Source: the human T2T-CHM13v2.0 reference genome, Homo sapiens. Taken from it: DNA of 64,000 nt. The position numbers were made by a program, and so were the translations under genes. Below the pieces are notes generated by a model. It did no database searches, was not told the origin of the DNA, and was given only the letters and a program-made list of their open reading frames with translations. This document shows positions 10,537 through 25,080 of the stretch, piece after piece. Position 1 is the stretch's first letter. Each line of letters opens with the position of its first letter. Location: the NCBI RefSeq assembly GCF_009914755.1, contig NC_060926.1. One strand, given 5' to 3'.

Positions 10537-13199
10537 AGATTGAGTGCCACGGGCCTCCTGCCTTGCGTGATGTCTGGGGCAGGGAGGCCTGGGCTGGAGG
10601 TGGGCAGCTGGGAGGAAGGCCAGTCCAGGTGTCCAGGTTGGATGCCAGCAGCTTCCACGGCCTGCTCCTGGCATCTCTGCGTCCTTGCCATGAGATGTAT
10701 GTCGGGCAGAGATTCCAGGAAAAATGGCTGAAGATCAAAATGAAGGACAATTAGCAAATTCATGAATTACACATTTGTTTACCCTGCTAGTCCCAAGATT
10801 GATTATGTTTCACCAAGGCCACATCCATTACCATTTGCAAGTGCTGGGTAAGCCCCCGTCCCCAGGTGGAAATGTAAAACCCTGAAGGCTGAAGTCCAGC
10901 TAACCTCTGCTCACCTCTATTTGGAGGTGACTGGGACCTAGAAGTGGCTTGGTATCTTGGGATAGAAGGGTAAACAGAGTCAGGCTGTGAGTGTACGAAG
11001 GAGCCCTTCCTGAGGGGGTTTTCCCGGTGGAGAGTGGTGGTAGGGGCGGTGTAGTAATAATGGCCCACTGCGCAGGTGTAACTGGGATACCCGCCGAGTC
11101 CTGCTGTTACCATGCAGCATCGCATCTTTGTGGAAAGTGGCTTTGTCTGCATTTCCCAGAGTTTGAAAATCTGAGGCTTAGAGAGTTCAGAGCCTGCCTG
11201 AGGTCAGACATCCAGGACAGGGACCCTGGTGTTTGAGCCCACCCGTTTCCTTGGAGGACTGCAGCCCTGTGCCCTTGCCTTTGTCTGAGGCCCTGCAGGG
11301 CTGCTGGGGCTCCGCCCTGGGGTTTGGGTAGCATGTGGTCTTCCCAGAGCACATGGCACTTTAGAGAGCATGTAACCTCATCAAGGTAGTGGGAAACCGA
11401 GGGAGGCCCAGACAGCTAGAGGGGTATAGCTCAATCAGCACAGCCAGCTGGTGGCAGGAGGCAGCCTTCTAGCCTTTTCTTTTTCCATTCTTTGCCCAAC
11501 CAAGGGAGCTACTGCCCTGCCAGGCTTTCAGCCCGAGGGGAAGACTGGTCATCTGTGAAGTTGTGAGACAGTATTACTGTAATTCACAGGGGCAAAGAAG
11601 AAAGTGTCATAAAGACAGGTCTGGCCTGTGCATTTCAGGCAGTGAGTCACGACGTCTCTGCCCTCTGCTCTGCGGGGGGCTGGGCCTAGCTGCTGGTGGC
11701 ACTAGGCCCTCAGCCCAGCCCTGCCTCCCCGCTGCCCTGGGACTTTTTTCAGGTAGCGGCCAGGAGGTGCGATGTGAGCCACTGAGTTGCTTCTGCTGTT
11801 TGGACATTGAGCACCTACCAAAGCCCTTCTGGACTGAGCATCCCAGGATGGCCCCATGAGTAGCCCCAGGAAGGGCCTGGGGACCCCAGGGGCACAAGGC
11901 CTTGGGGCTGGCTGACCTGGTCCCTGAGTGACTTTGCTGCCCTATGCTGGCTCCTGTCCCTGTGGGGTCTGGCCCCCGGGGGCACTGGTGGGCAGCAGTT
12001 CCTGTTGCTGAGAGAGGCAGTGAGGACAGGCACTGGTCTCCTGTCCCAGCTGGGTGTCCCCTCTCCAGCAGGGCCCTGCAGCCTCCTGTGCTGCTGTGGT
12101 CACCGCTCCCCTTGCTCTGCTTCCCCCCACTCGATGCTCCAGCCTCTCCCGTCTGCTCTTCTTATATCCCCAGTGGCCCGGCCCAACGGCCCTGCCTTTC
12201 TCTGAAAATGTCCCTGGAGCCCAGCTCTGCCCCCAGGTCCAGTTCCTCTGGCTGGACTCCCCGCTGCTGGACTTCAAGGTCCCCAGCCCTTCTTCCCTCC
12301 AGCCCTCCCTGCCTCTTCCGGCTTCCAGGCTGCTGGCTTCTCATACTCATCCCCAGCCCCACCTGGGACCAGTGGGACAGGAAGGGCCTGCCTGAGCCGG
12401 AAGGCCGCCATCCCCACCCACCTCAAATGCCTCCCCCACCTATCTACCACCATGCCTGGGATCCCACCATGCGGGGGTCACCCTGGCCTTCAAACATGCC
12501 CCAAGTCCTCAGCGACTCAGTGGAGCCCATGGCCTGGGCTGGGGCACTGGGGTCAGGACAGCACCCACACCTGCCTCACCTCTGCTCCCCCCATTTCCCA
12601 GACAGGCGGCTGAGGGGCTCAGTACTTGGAGGCTCCAACTGTATGCTCTGTCTGTGTTTTCTCTCCCAGCCCTCCCTCCCAGGGTCTGGCTTAGAGTGGG
12701 GCACACAGGGTGCCCTGTGGCGCAGCCCAGAGGTGGGGCCAGCATTTAGGAGGGGCTACTAGGTGTCCGAGCTTTATACCTGTTACCTGTGACATGGCGT
12801 GATACTATTGCCTCGGGCTTTACCAGAGCTCCAGGCCATGGTGTCCCTGCAGCCTCTTGCGCTGTGGCCGGGCTCCTGACTCACCTGGAGCTCAGGCCAG
12901 CCCAGCATCACGCCTGCCCAGACCCGCCGCAAGGGACTTGTAGGCCATCACAACTTGGAGAATCCTGCAGCTGCCTAGAGCTCCCTTGAGGACCAAGAGC
13001 GAGGATAGGAATGGGGGTGGGAGGTCACAGGTGGCCACCAAGCCATGAAAACTGCTGAGGGCTTAAGAAAGTGTGGCTTTGCAGGCAAAAAGTAGAACTC
13101 AAACACCGTTCTGCGGGGAGAGGCCCTGGGAGCGCCCCCAGCCCTGTTTCTAGGCTTTCGATGGGAGCAAATGACAAATTAACGGGGTAGGCTTTGAAA

Positions 13200-13600
13200 G
13201 ACCTGCTGATGGTGGTTGGCTGTAGATGAGGCGTGGAGTGTGAGCATGGTGGCTGTGGGGGCTCTGTGTCGTGTGGGGACTGTGGGCGGGCAGTCACTGG
13301 TGTGTGAGGCTGTGCGTGTGTGAGGTGGGCGTTGCTGCTCATGGGTGTGGCCTGGGTATCGTGGGTGTGTGAGTGTTGGTGATGCACTGTTTTGTGATTG
13401 TAGGTGTTACTGTGTATGCTGAGCCACGTGGGGCTTGAGACTGTGATCGTGGGCGTGCGCGGTTGGCTGTGAGTTTGTAGTGTACGGTTGGCTGGCCTTG
13501 AGGTTGTGAGGCTGCGTGGGTGAGTGTGTGAGACTGTGTGTGGGGTTTGAGACTGTGATTGTAGGGGTGTGGTTGCATGGCTGGCTGTGTGCGTGTCTTG
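13200..13600. repeat. Degenerate TG/GT-rich low-complexity region
   Basis: Runs of gtgtg/ggctgtg/gagactgtg. Confidence 0.7.
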
Positions 13601-14709
13601 CCATGTTCGTTTTCTTCCTTACGGAGAGGTGATGCACCTAGCCAGTTATGTACGTTGTGATTGGGGTAGTTATCATCTTGCAGTTAGAATCTGTGATCAC
13701 CCTCAAACCCGGCAGATCCTGAGAAGGTCTGGTGCAGGCACTATTTCTGTGGTCTGTGCAGTTGTCCTCAGTATGGTTTCACAGTACCTGATGCTCTGCT
13801 CTGTCTACACAGTGTGCTAGGGGTCACCTCAAAGCCAGAGCACTTTAAAGGGAGAAAGGTACCATCTGGTCAGTCATTCAGTCACTCAACAAACATTCCC
13901 ACGGTGCCTGCTGTTATGTGCAGGGCTTCATCCCTCATCTCAGTGTAGTGCTCACAACAACCTGGAGGTGGGGGAGCAGGTATCATTATCCCCATTGTGT
14001 AAATGAGAAAACAAAGGCCGAGAGCAAGGCAGCCGTTCACTGAAGGTTGCGCAGCTCTAGGACTTGTCCCCAGCCAGCTGTTTCCAGAGTCACTCACAGC
14101 CCCCGGGCTGCCCAGGAGGAGGGATAAGGGGAGGGGCAGCTGTTCTGGGGTCTACCTGGAAGACAGGGGAGGCTGCGGTCCCGGGTGTTCTCAGCGTTCT
14201 TTTGGGAGGGGCCTGCTCCCCAACTCCTGCCCTTGGCTCTGGCCTCAGGCATCAGTGGCAACTGTGCACTGAGACGTTCTTCTCTGCGGCTGTGGGGAAG
14301 CCAAACACCCAGCCGTCCATGCACCATCTCTGGCCAGGTGGATGAGATGGCTGCTGCACCCAGGGTTGGGGGGTGGGGGCTGAACAACTGTCATTGTGAC
14401 TAGTCACTGGGAGCATGGGCTGTGGGTCGGCCTCCCTGGCTTTGCGATCGTAGCCTGGTCCAGCCTCTCAGAGTCATCCTCTGTAAAATGGAGCAATGAC
14501 AGTGCCTACCTTAAGGGGGTTGTTAGCATTCACCTGGTTAGAAGGGCCATGCTCTTGAGTTGTTTTGCTGTTTTCTGGCACATTCTCTGTGTCAGGAATA
14601 GTGCTGGGTGCCCAGCCAGAGCCCTGCCCTTCCTCTGAGAGGCCCTCTTTCATTCTCAGCTATTCATTCAATGAATATTCACAGAGGTGCAGCGATGATG
14701 ATGTTGACT

Positions 14710-14870
14710 ACCATTTATTGTTTACTGTGGTCAGATACAGCGCTTTGCAGCAGCTTTGTAGTTAATCTCTATAATCTCCCTCTTGGGCAGGTGAGATGTA
14801 CCCATTTTACTGATGAGGAAGTTGAGGCTCAGGGAAGTTGAGTATCTTGCTTGAGGCCTCATAGCTATTC
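14710..14870 (-). mobile_element. MIR SINE fragment
   Basis: cccattttactgatgaggaagttgaggctcagggaagttgagtatcttgc matches the MIR core. Confidence 0.7.
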
Positions 14871-14887
14871 GAGGGGAAGACCCGGGC

Positions 14888-14971
14888 CTGGCTCTTCTTG
14901 AGCTCGCAACCCAGTTTTGAGGCCACTGGGAAAGTCACGTACCCAGAGGGGAGCCACCCTAGGCCCTCAGA
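14888..14971 (+). repeat. 84-bp dispersed direct repeat, copy 1
   Basis: ctggctcttcttgagctcgcaacccagttttgaggcc...aggccctcaga; 77/84 identical to 16030-16113. Confidence 0.9.
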
Positions 14972-15911
14972 GGAGCAGGCCCTCCAGATACTGCCTTCTC
15001 TCCCTTCAATGTTTCCAAGAAACTCGTGGTTCCCTGAACCCTGGGGGACTTGGGGTAGGAGAGAGAGCTGCTGTCATGGCAGAGGGGACCTGGGAGCTGC
15101 TGGGGTTGCCCTGGGGGGAGCCTTTCAGAGCCCCTCAGCTGCCCTGCAGCTCTCCTCCTACCCCATCCCCATAGGGGCCCCTGAGGGTCTGGCTACCTTC
15201 AGAATCAGGTGTGCACACCTGCAGGTCCCACCAGGTGAGAATGGCCATTCTGCCAGCAGGAAGAGGGAACTGTCTGAGGTCATGGCAGACCTGCAGGGAA
15301 TCTGATGAGGGTGAGGACCCTCTGAGTGTCTGAGAAAAACACTGACCACATTTTCAAGTGGGATTTCAGGGAAGGGTTTTTGGACTACTTGGGATACATA
15401 ACCATGTGTGGGGAGGAGTAGGGGAGTGGGGCGGAGACAGGCATTGTGGAATGAACCAACTACTCCCTCCCAGGGAGGAGCTTCTCGTGACCTTCTCTCC
15501 TCTGGGGGAGGGGCTGCCAGGGTGGGGACAGCGGTCTTCGCTCGGGATGCAGAGGCAGATGGGCAGCTGGACGTGCCAGGCTGCCTGCGCCTCCCCTCCT
15601 GTGTAGAGCAGGGTCTTGTTCTGCCCTCTTTTCTTCTGGCGTCTCATCTCCCTCTTTCCTTATACCTTCCATCCCACCTCTGCTCCCGGGGTCTGCTCTG
15701 CCCAGCCCCAGGGACAGAGGTGAGGCATGGGGTGGGGTGGGTTTCCCAGTGCCAGTTCCAGCCCTTGCCTGGAATGATGGGGGCTTGGTTTGCCTGCTCA
15801 GCCCCCTCCCCACCTCTTCCTGTGGGGTCTGTGTGTGGAGCACAAGTCAGGCCCCAGGGTCCCCAGGGGCCAGGGTCAGGCAGGGAGGGAGACTCTTCCT
15901 GGCCACCCTGG

Positions 15912-15916
<5 letters not shown>

Positions 15917-15960
<44 letters not shown>

Positions 15961-15982
15961 AGTGGGTGTGTGTGTGTGTGTG
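15917..15982. repeat. (TG)21 plus (TG)8 compound microsatellite
   Basis: Read directly. Confidence 0.95.
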
Positions 15983-16029
15983 GATCTGGAGGATTCTCCT
16001 AGGCAGCTCCCGGTCTCATGGAAACAGCG

Positions 16030-16113
16030 CTGGCTCTTCTTGAGCTCACAACCCAGTTTTGAGGCCAATGGGAAAGTCACATACCCAGTGGGGAACCACT
16101 CCAGGCCCTCAGA
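16030..16113 (+). repeat. 84-bp dispersed direct repeat, copy 2
   Basis: ctggctcttcttgagctcacaacccagttttgaggcc...aggccctcaga. Confidence 0.9.
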
Positions 16114-17127
16114 AAAGCGTTGTGAGCTTGTCCAGCCTTCGAGGGGCTTTCTGGGTGTCCTCTCACTCCTCACAGGAACCACAGAAGGGAGATAAGTTAG
16201 AACTATTATCCACATTTGCATGGGAAGCTCCTGGCGGGCGACTCTCCTGGCAGGGCCGCAGAGCTTAACCCCACTCTGCGACAGCTCTCCCTGCCTGGGA
16301 GGGGCCCTGAGTGGCCTTGCTCTTCTAGGGAGGGGTTTCAGTGACCCTCTCAGCACAAATAGCCTGACCCCCAGCCCTCAACCGTGATGGCCTGAAGTTG
16401 TAGAAACCGGTTCTTTTGGGAACCTTACTCCTTCACCTGCTTTACTTGCTTTACTCCTGGGAAGGATGATGCCTCAGACGCTTTTTAGGCAAGTCGTGCC
16501 TATTAGAATGGCTGGGAATGGGAGCGTGGAAGGGGCACAGCCCAGGTCCTGCTCTGGGCTGCACTGCAGCTGGGGGATCGCAGAAGATCCTTTTCCAAAA
16601 CATGCCTGTGGCATTCTCCTGCCCCTTCCGGGTCATGCTGTCAGTGACCCTGTCCCTCTCATCCATGCACCTGGGAAGAAGGAGTCTGATGTCCCCTGGG
16701 CTGCCCACGGCCCCCGGCCCTGCTTACCTCCCCACTTGGAGCTGGTGGATCCCTCCTCCTGAAAACCAGGCTTGGGCATCGGGTCCCACCCACAGCTCAC
16801 CATCCTCCACCTCTGCACCTTTCAAATGCCCTTCCTTTCCCTGAACTCCTTTCCCCCACCTTTGCTTGGCTGATTGTGATTTATCCTTCAGGGCTCTGGG
16901 CTAGAAGCCCTGACTCCCACAGCTCGTGGAACCCGTCTCCTGTCTTGCCTGCAAGATCACTTGCGGTGTGCACACCCGCTCCCCTGAGAGTCTGCAGGCC
17001 TGGATTTTAGGGGAGCTAGAGTCTGTGTTGCTCACCACACCAGTCTCCTGAGACTGGGGCAGATGAAGTGCTCAATACAAATTTTAAAAATTTGTTTCTG
17101 CTTTTATAGTTTTAAAGTCTTAGATCT

Positions 17128-17322
17128 TTTTGTATTACTTTAGATCTGGGGTTGGGGGGTGCGAGACACGTGCAGATTTGTTCCATGGGCGTTTGCAGGT
17201 AGTGAGTGTGGTCACCAATAGGCAGTTTTTCAGCCCACTCCCCCACACCGCCCCCTGCTCCCCCGACGCTGGTCATCCTCAGTGTGTGTTGTTCTGTGTT
17301 TATGTCCATGTCAATACACACT
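17128..17322 (-). mobile_element. L1 3' end fragment (L1PB/old L1PA-like)
   Basis: acacgtgcagatttgttccatgg...caataggcagtttttcagcccac...tgtttatgtccatgt resembles the antisense L1P 3' UTR. Confidence 0.6.
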
Positions 17323-19423
17323 TATTCAATGAACGAAGGCACATCCATCTCAGGGTGAGAAGTTAACACCCCTCACCCATTTTCCTGCTGGAGCAACTGA
17401 GGCTGAGGGGGTCAGCAGGACCCAGGGAGAGGCTCAGCCCTGGCTAAGACCAAAGCCAGCACTCTCGACCACGCCTTTGCTATTTTTCTTTCTTTTAGGA
17501 GCACCTCATGCCCCGCAGGTGATTCATGTAATAGCATTTTCAAAAGCCTATAATTTGCGCCAGCGTTTGCGCTTCATGGTGAAGCTCAGCCTCATCCGTG
17601 CCGCAGGCAAAGGCAATGCCAATCCAAACGGGTGGCAAGCTGGGCCCGGGCACCAGGGAAGATCAGCCTTCCCGCTTCCTCCCTGCACCTCAAGGAAGGC
17701 AGCCCTTCCCGCCGGCATCTTCCACCTTCAGGAGAGTGTGGTTTGTCACCCGAGGGTGTCTCATAGAAGCTCAGCTTAATTAATCAATCGCCGACTGATG
17801 CATTGGTTAACGCGGGGCCCCACTCCCCCGTGAATGATGGGCGCATTAATGAATGCCAATTATTTCAGCATTAATAATTAATCTCCAACCATGCCGGAGA
17901 AGGAGTGGAAAGTACACAAGCCTCGAGTCAGCTCCACGAGCCAGCCTGCCACCCCGTGCTGCTCACCGCCTTGCCCAGAGTATCTGAGCGGGGCCTCTTT
18001 GCTACTGCGGGGCGAAAAAGCACCTTGGACTGGGCGTCCGGGGCCTGGACTCTGGTTAGGAGCAAGGCTGTGAGCTCCATGGGGGCAGGGGCTGGGCCTG
18101 CTTGTGCATTGCTCTATGCCAGCACTGGGATCAGTAGCTGGCACACAGCAGGTGCTCAAGAGATGCTTGCTGGTGGCTGGCTGTACCCAGGCCCTGCCCC
18201 TCAGTGGTTGTGTGATCTCAGGCAAGTTTTTCACCCTCTCTGGCCTATAGTTTTCTCGTTTGAAAAGTGAGTGGGTTGGACTAGAGGGTTCATTTATTTG
18301 TTCATTCATTTCTCTAGTAGGCACAGAGTCTGTTCCCTACACAGAAGGCAGCATCCCTTTCCCTCTGAGGACAGTTATCTGCAGCCCATAAGGATTTGTG
18401 CTGTGGCTGCTGGTCATTCCTGTAGGAGAGGCTGGGCTTCTGCCGGCCTGGGAGGGCATCAGGAGTGGCCAGTTGTCCTGAGCTGGCATCATGTCAACTT
18501 CAGGTCCCAGGCGAGACCTCGGTGTGCTCACTGGCCCGCACCTACAGGATTATGCTGTGGGCCTTGGTGGCTGGGGTGGTGACTCCAGCCATGGTGGTGG
18601 GACAGACTGTTGGCTTCCACACAGCATTTCCCCTCTTCTGAGCTCCAGTCCAGGATGGTCCCTCACTGCCCAGGGCCTGGCACCTGTCCCAGGTAGGTAG
18701 GGGGTGGTGGCCAGCACAGCGAGATTTGGAAAGGGTGGTGGTCTCGCCAGCAGGGGGGCTCTTCTGGGTAAAAGTTTAAAAAGAAAGCTTCTGTCCTGTC
18801 ATCGATGAGTTGTGGGAAGGCAGACACTCCGAGGTTTAGTGGCTTTGGGGGTGGGGTGAAAGTGGAAGACCTTTCACAGGCTGGTTAGATCTGAGAACTA
18901 TGGAGAAGCCCATCTCACCTCTTTTCTCTAGGTGGGGAAACTGAGGCCCAGAGAGGAGACTTGCCTGAGGGCCCACAGCTAACGGGCACAGGACTACGGG
19001 GCCCCTCCTAAGCAGAGGCGGAACCCCCAGGTGTCATCCTCACCTGGCATGTGGTCCACATGAGTGTGAACTTGGCTCTAGAGGATGAGAGGTGGTCACC
19101 AGGAGGGCTTCCTGGGGGAAATAGGCCTCTGCTGGATGACCTTCAGGCACCTTCCTGCAGGGTCTGTCCCGGGCCCGGGCTCCCTGCTCCTGGGCCTGCT
19201 CTGTGGCTTCCCAAGAGGGTGCACAGGCCAGGGTCTAAGAGGGTGGGTCTGCCCATGGACCAGACATGGCTCTGCAGACCCCACCCTGTCCTAGCCGTGG
19301 GCCTTAAGGCTGGTGACTTAACTTTTCTGTGCCTGAGTTCGCTCATCATACAATGGAGCTAAAAATAGTATTCACCTCCTGGGTTTGTTGTTCAGATTAG
19401 ATGAACTAATAATACCCACAGCT

Positions 19424-19625
19424 ACTACTGAGTCAGTGCTCACCATGTGCCAAGAATCTTTCTAAGCTCTTTACGTGTTTTAATCCACCTGACCCACACA
19501 GCTCTGGGAGCTGTTGGCATTTCTGTTCCACAGATGAAGAAACTCAGGTGCACACAGAGGAAGCGACTTGCCCAGGGTCACACAGCATGGCAGGGAGGGG
19601 CTAGAATTAAATCCCCTGCGTCCTG
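19424..19625 (-). mobile_element. MIR SINE
   Basis: acagatgaagaaactcagg...gacttgcccagggtcacacagc. Confidence 0.75.
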
Positions 19626-20139
19626 GGTCACATGCTGAGTCCCCAGCCCTGGTCTTTGGGGTCTGTACCCTGCTGACCTTGTGAGGTGGGCTCGCCCCAG
19701 GGAGGGAGGGGGTGCACCCTCTCTCTCCTCCCGCCTGTCCTCTCAGGGCCACCAGAGTGACTGTGATCCTCCTTCCAGGACAAAGCTGAGACAGGGCTCC
19801 GGAGTTGTTTTAGGAAATAGTGAAGCAAGCCGACAGCACTGATTCCTCCGGAGTTCATGTCATCTTATTCCCTATCTTTGGCCCAAAGATCCTTCTGCAT
19901 CAGCGGGTGCGCATGGATTCTGTCTGCCGACACCAGAGCCGCAGAGCCAGACACAGATTGGTGAGCAGTGCTTATGCGTTGAAGGCACTCAGGTTCCATC
20001 ATGGAACCAGGTCGCCCGAGGATGCTGACCCCATGGAGGCAATCAGGCTGCAGAGAGCTCGAGGAACGCCTGTCCCTGTGAGCTGCTCAGGGACCTAAGC
20101 TCTCAGAGTGTCACTGCCGTTGATTCTGGAACAGAGTTT

Positions 20140-20387
20140 GCAGGCCAAGTCCACAAGCTAAGAATAGTTTTTTACATTTTTAAATGGTTAAAAACAAATC
20201 AAAAGAAGAAGAATATTGCATGATGTGAAAATGATATGACATTCAAACTAAATGCCTATACATACAGTTTTATTGGGATGCAGTGACCTCATTCATTTAT
20301 ACGTTAGTTAGGACAGGGACCCATATGGCCTGCAAGGCCTTTAGGGACTTTGGCTGACCCTTTGCAGAAGAAGTTTGCTGGCCACTG
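20140..20387 (+). mobile_element. MER58B-like hAT-Charlie DNA transposon relic
   Basis: gctaagaatagtttttacatttttaaatggtt...aaatcaaaagaagaa...gttttattgg...ccctttgcagaagaagtttgctggccactg. Confidence 0.7.
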
Positions 20388-20669
20388 ATCCAGAGGCTTC
20401 CTTGGCTGGCAGATGTCCCAGCAGACCACCACTGCTCCCCTTCTGTCCTCCTCCTGGGACTCTCTCCTGGGTGGCCATGCTGCTTCCATGACCCTCCTCA
20501 GCTGACGGGTTCACCTGTGGCCCTGACCAAGACCATCACAGTTTCCTGAACATCAAAATGCATTATCAGTGAGTCTGTTGAAGACATTTAGAGAGTGAGG
20601 ATCTGGAAGGCTGAGGGTGGCACTCTGTGATTCTTCAGAGCCCTTCTCATGCCCAGCACAGGACAGGAC

Positions 20670-21783
<1,114 letters not shown>

Positions 21784-23682
21784 ACCATAAAACGCAGCAG
21801 CAGAAGCGCCTTCCCCCGCGGGCAGCCCCGTCTCCAGCCTCACTGGCGGCCGCCATCCATGTCCTCTAGCCCCACGGTCCTCATCCCTTCTCCAGGGTGG
21901 GGTGCTCCAGAGCTCCCTCACCTTCCCCAGCCCATGAGGTTCCTCTGTGAGTGAGTGGGTGTGTGTGACCTCTTCCCTGAGATGCCAGGCCTCACCTGAG
22001 GCAGAGCTGGAGGCAGGTGTCATAACCACCCCAGAAACCTTAAAAACGGTGCCCAGGATGGTCCCTGAGAGAGTAGGCTGCCTCAGGAGCCTCTCCAGAA
22101 AAGGTTGACATGCTCAGCTATGATGTTAGGCCCTGGCCTAAGGCTGGGCCACCTCAAAGAGCAGTCTGGCCAGCTCACCTGGTTGGGTACAGTCCTCAGG
22201 ACTCAGAGACTCACGTGGGCCACATCTAGAATGGCCACCACCTTTCCCTTGCAGGCCCACAGCGAGTGTGAAGCAGGACTTTGAGCGTGTTCTCTTGGCC
22301 ACGCATGGAACAGGCACTCTCTCATCTCATTTCATTCTTACACAGCTGTTCAGTGAGACCTGGGCACCATGAGTGCCTGCCCAGCCTTGGATTGCTGCCA
22401 GGCTTCAGACCGAGGGGCTTGGGGGGATCTGGACAGGTCTGGAGCCTGGGGCCTTGCCAATTGGGGCTCTGAGACCCAAGGGCTGATGTGGGGGTCAGGA
22501 GGGCACCAGGGCCTGCCAGGAACACTTGGCTTTTTTCCCTAAATGTTTTTCTGAAACTGCTCTGCTTGGGCCTTGCATGTCGGCCCTTTGTAACTGATGG
22601 GTAGAACCCAGAGGAGAGGGCAGTGCCCAGGCCAGAGCCGGTAGCTGCAGGAACATCAGTGGACACACACGGCAGGGGTGCCCAGGTGAGTGGGGAATAG
22701 GACGAGAACTGTGGTCCTCTCAGGGGCTGGTGACTGAGGGGTCCTGTGTGCTAGACAAAGCCATGACGCGTGTCTGAAACATCTTCCATCACATGTTCAC
22801 AGTTCTTTGTAGGGCGCCCAAGAGGTTATTGCGGGAGCCCAGTGTTCTGGGGGTGGGGGTATCTGAGAGGTCTTCCTGGAAGAGGTGGTCCCTGAGCCAA
22901 ATCTTGCAGGACAGATGGGAGTTGGTCAGAAAAGAAGGGCAGAGGGAAAGGTATTTTCGGAAGTGGACACAGCAGCGGCAAAGGCCCAGAGCATGTGGCC
23001 TTGACCTGCAGTGCCCCCCACTCCCCAAATGTCCCCCCAAGCCAGGCCTCTGGGAGGTGCCTGTGCTGCCCCTGCCCCTCATACCTGCTTCACGACACAT
23101 CCCCTCCTCCCACTCTCCCACCTCAAGGCCTTGGGAAGCGTCTGAAACCTCATTTGCAAGGCCCTTCAGCGGATGAATTGAATGTGAGCATCTGTTTAAA
23201 GGGACACTCACATTTTCATTTTTAAATAAGAATATCATTCATTGGTGGCTTCACTATCATGATTGTAAGGCATATCCATGGAGAGAATTAGGAAAACCCA
23301 GGAAAGTAAAAGGAAACAAAAAATCACCCATAATCCCAGCAACCATAAGGTGCCCACAGTTAACATGTTGGTGAATTTGCACACGTGTGCGACTGCCGTA
23401 CGTGACTGTGTGTGCGCTGCTACGCTTGTCTTCTCCATATAATATTACAGTATGAGTGCTGCCCCTGTGCCGTCATTCTTCAAAAAGAGCATTTTGGTGG
23501 CTGTCTTTTAATTTAGGACCCTTTCTCCTTATTGTTGGATATTTAGGATATTTCCAGTTTTTGCCCTTGATAAACAACGCTGCAGTGACCATCTTTGTCA
23601 ATTGCACCATTGATGGGTATGCTTGCTGACCGCCAGGAATGGTACTATAATGGTGAGGAGAGGTGCCTGGACAAGCAGGCTG

Positions 23683-23832
23683 GAGATTTTCAAGCTTGAC
23701 TGTGACACAGAAGCCCTGGGTGTCTTGCTAAAGCAGATTAAGGCTTTGTGGGTCTGGGCTGGGCTGGAGAGAACATTTCTAACAAGCTCCCAGGGGAAGC
23801 AGAGATGCTGGGAGAACCATACTTTGAGTAGT
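23683..23832. mobile_element. MER5-like DNA transposon relic
   Basis: catttctaacaagctcccagggga...gatgctg...gaaccatactttgagta. Confidence 0.6.
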
Positions 23833-24494
23833 GTGACCTCTTTGAAAAGTCTTCCCTGAGGTGACCACCAACTGGGGTGTGGGCTCTGGGGAGAGACTTG
23901 CTGGTCAGGACTTCTGTGCCCTGGGCACTTGGAAAGTGCAAACCACTGGGGCTTACCTGAGGGCACCAGGCAGTTTGCAGCCAATTGGCTCTGCCCTGAG
24001 CCCTGCAATGGCTCTCTCAGAGCTGCACGGAGGTCCCTGACTCTCAGCCGTCCTTGGGGGTCCCTGAGACTTCTGTGCGGCCAGCCTCATTCTGGCTTCA
24101 AGCCGTGGTCTGCAACACAGAGGTTGGCCAGCCAGGGTCACTCTTCTCTAGCCCCTTGGTCCCCCCTGTGCCTCTGTGCCTTGGCCTGCTCTGTGGCTGC
24201 CGGGGGCTACGGGGACTCCTTCCTCTGCTAAGGGTTGCTCTTCTGTGACAGAGGTGCCTCTTTTTTTCCCATCAGCAAAGTGGGCTAATAATAGCTCCCA
24301 CGTCACAGGAACAGTGTGTAGATTGACAAGGCGATCCGAGGGTGGCGGGTGGCCCGTGGCAGCACTCAGCACTGTGGACTCTTATTCCCATGAGCAGTGA
24401 GCAGGTGGCCAAGGGGGCTGGGACAGGCAGAGCTGACTCCAGTGCTGGCTTCCCATTTGTGACTTCGTGTCTGTGTTCATCTGTGAGACCCTCT

Positions 24495-25080
24495 GTTCAT
24501 TCCACAGCTCCTTACTGAATGTCTACAAGGTGTCCGTTCTGTAGTAGGGACTGGGGCCATAGTGGCTGATGAAGCAGACATAGTTCCTGTTCTTACAGAG
24601 CTCATTATCTAGTGAGAGTGACAGATACGGACAAGTAAATCGACGCTGCAGTCAGGGAGGCCTGCTTCAGATGGGGTAGTGGGGAACGCCGAGCTTCAGA
24701 GGGAACAATTCAGCTGAGTGCTAAAGAAGGAGCTGATTATAGAAGTGGCTGTGTCAGGGTGGGCTGGGTCAGGCATTCCAGACAGAGGGGACAGCATGTG
24801 CAAAGGCCCTGAGGTAGTAAAGGGCTTCTCTAGTGGAGAAACTGCAGAAGCCTGGTAGAGTCAAGCTGGGGTGATCTAGGAGAGGACACAACTGTCACAG
24901 GTCACAGGGGCAGCGGCCTTTGTGGGGAGGAACACTGAGGGGACTTTGGCAAGGGTGTGGGAATCTGACTTATTCTTTCAAGGGATCCCCTGGCTGCTGT
25001 GTAGGGAATGGACCTTGGCAGGGGGAGAGAGGGGCAGCGAGTCCAGCCAGAGGCTCCTGCAATGTCCAGGTGGTGTGGAG
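24495..25080 (-). mobile_element. L2 LINE fragment(s)
   Basis: ttcattcc...cagacatagttcctgttcttacagagctc...cattccagacagaggggacagcatgtgcaaaggccctgagg. Confidence 0.65.

Larger units (their letters stand above)
8620..10553 (+). other. INHBB: INHBB 3' UTR (end approximate)
   Basis: From the stop codon to just past the distal AATAAA; contains (GA)n, (TG)n, A tracts and AU-rich blocks. Confidence 0.8.

Noticed and set aside
11944-12762. 272-aa ORF downstream of INHBB
   Set aside because: Pro/Ser/Leu-rich, no domain or splice support; compatible with chance in GC-rich DNA
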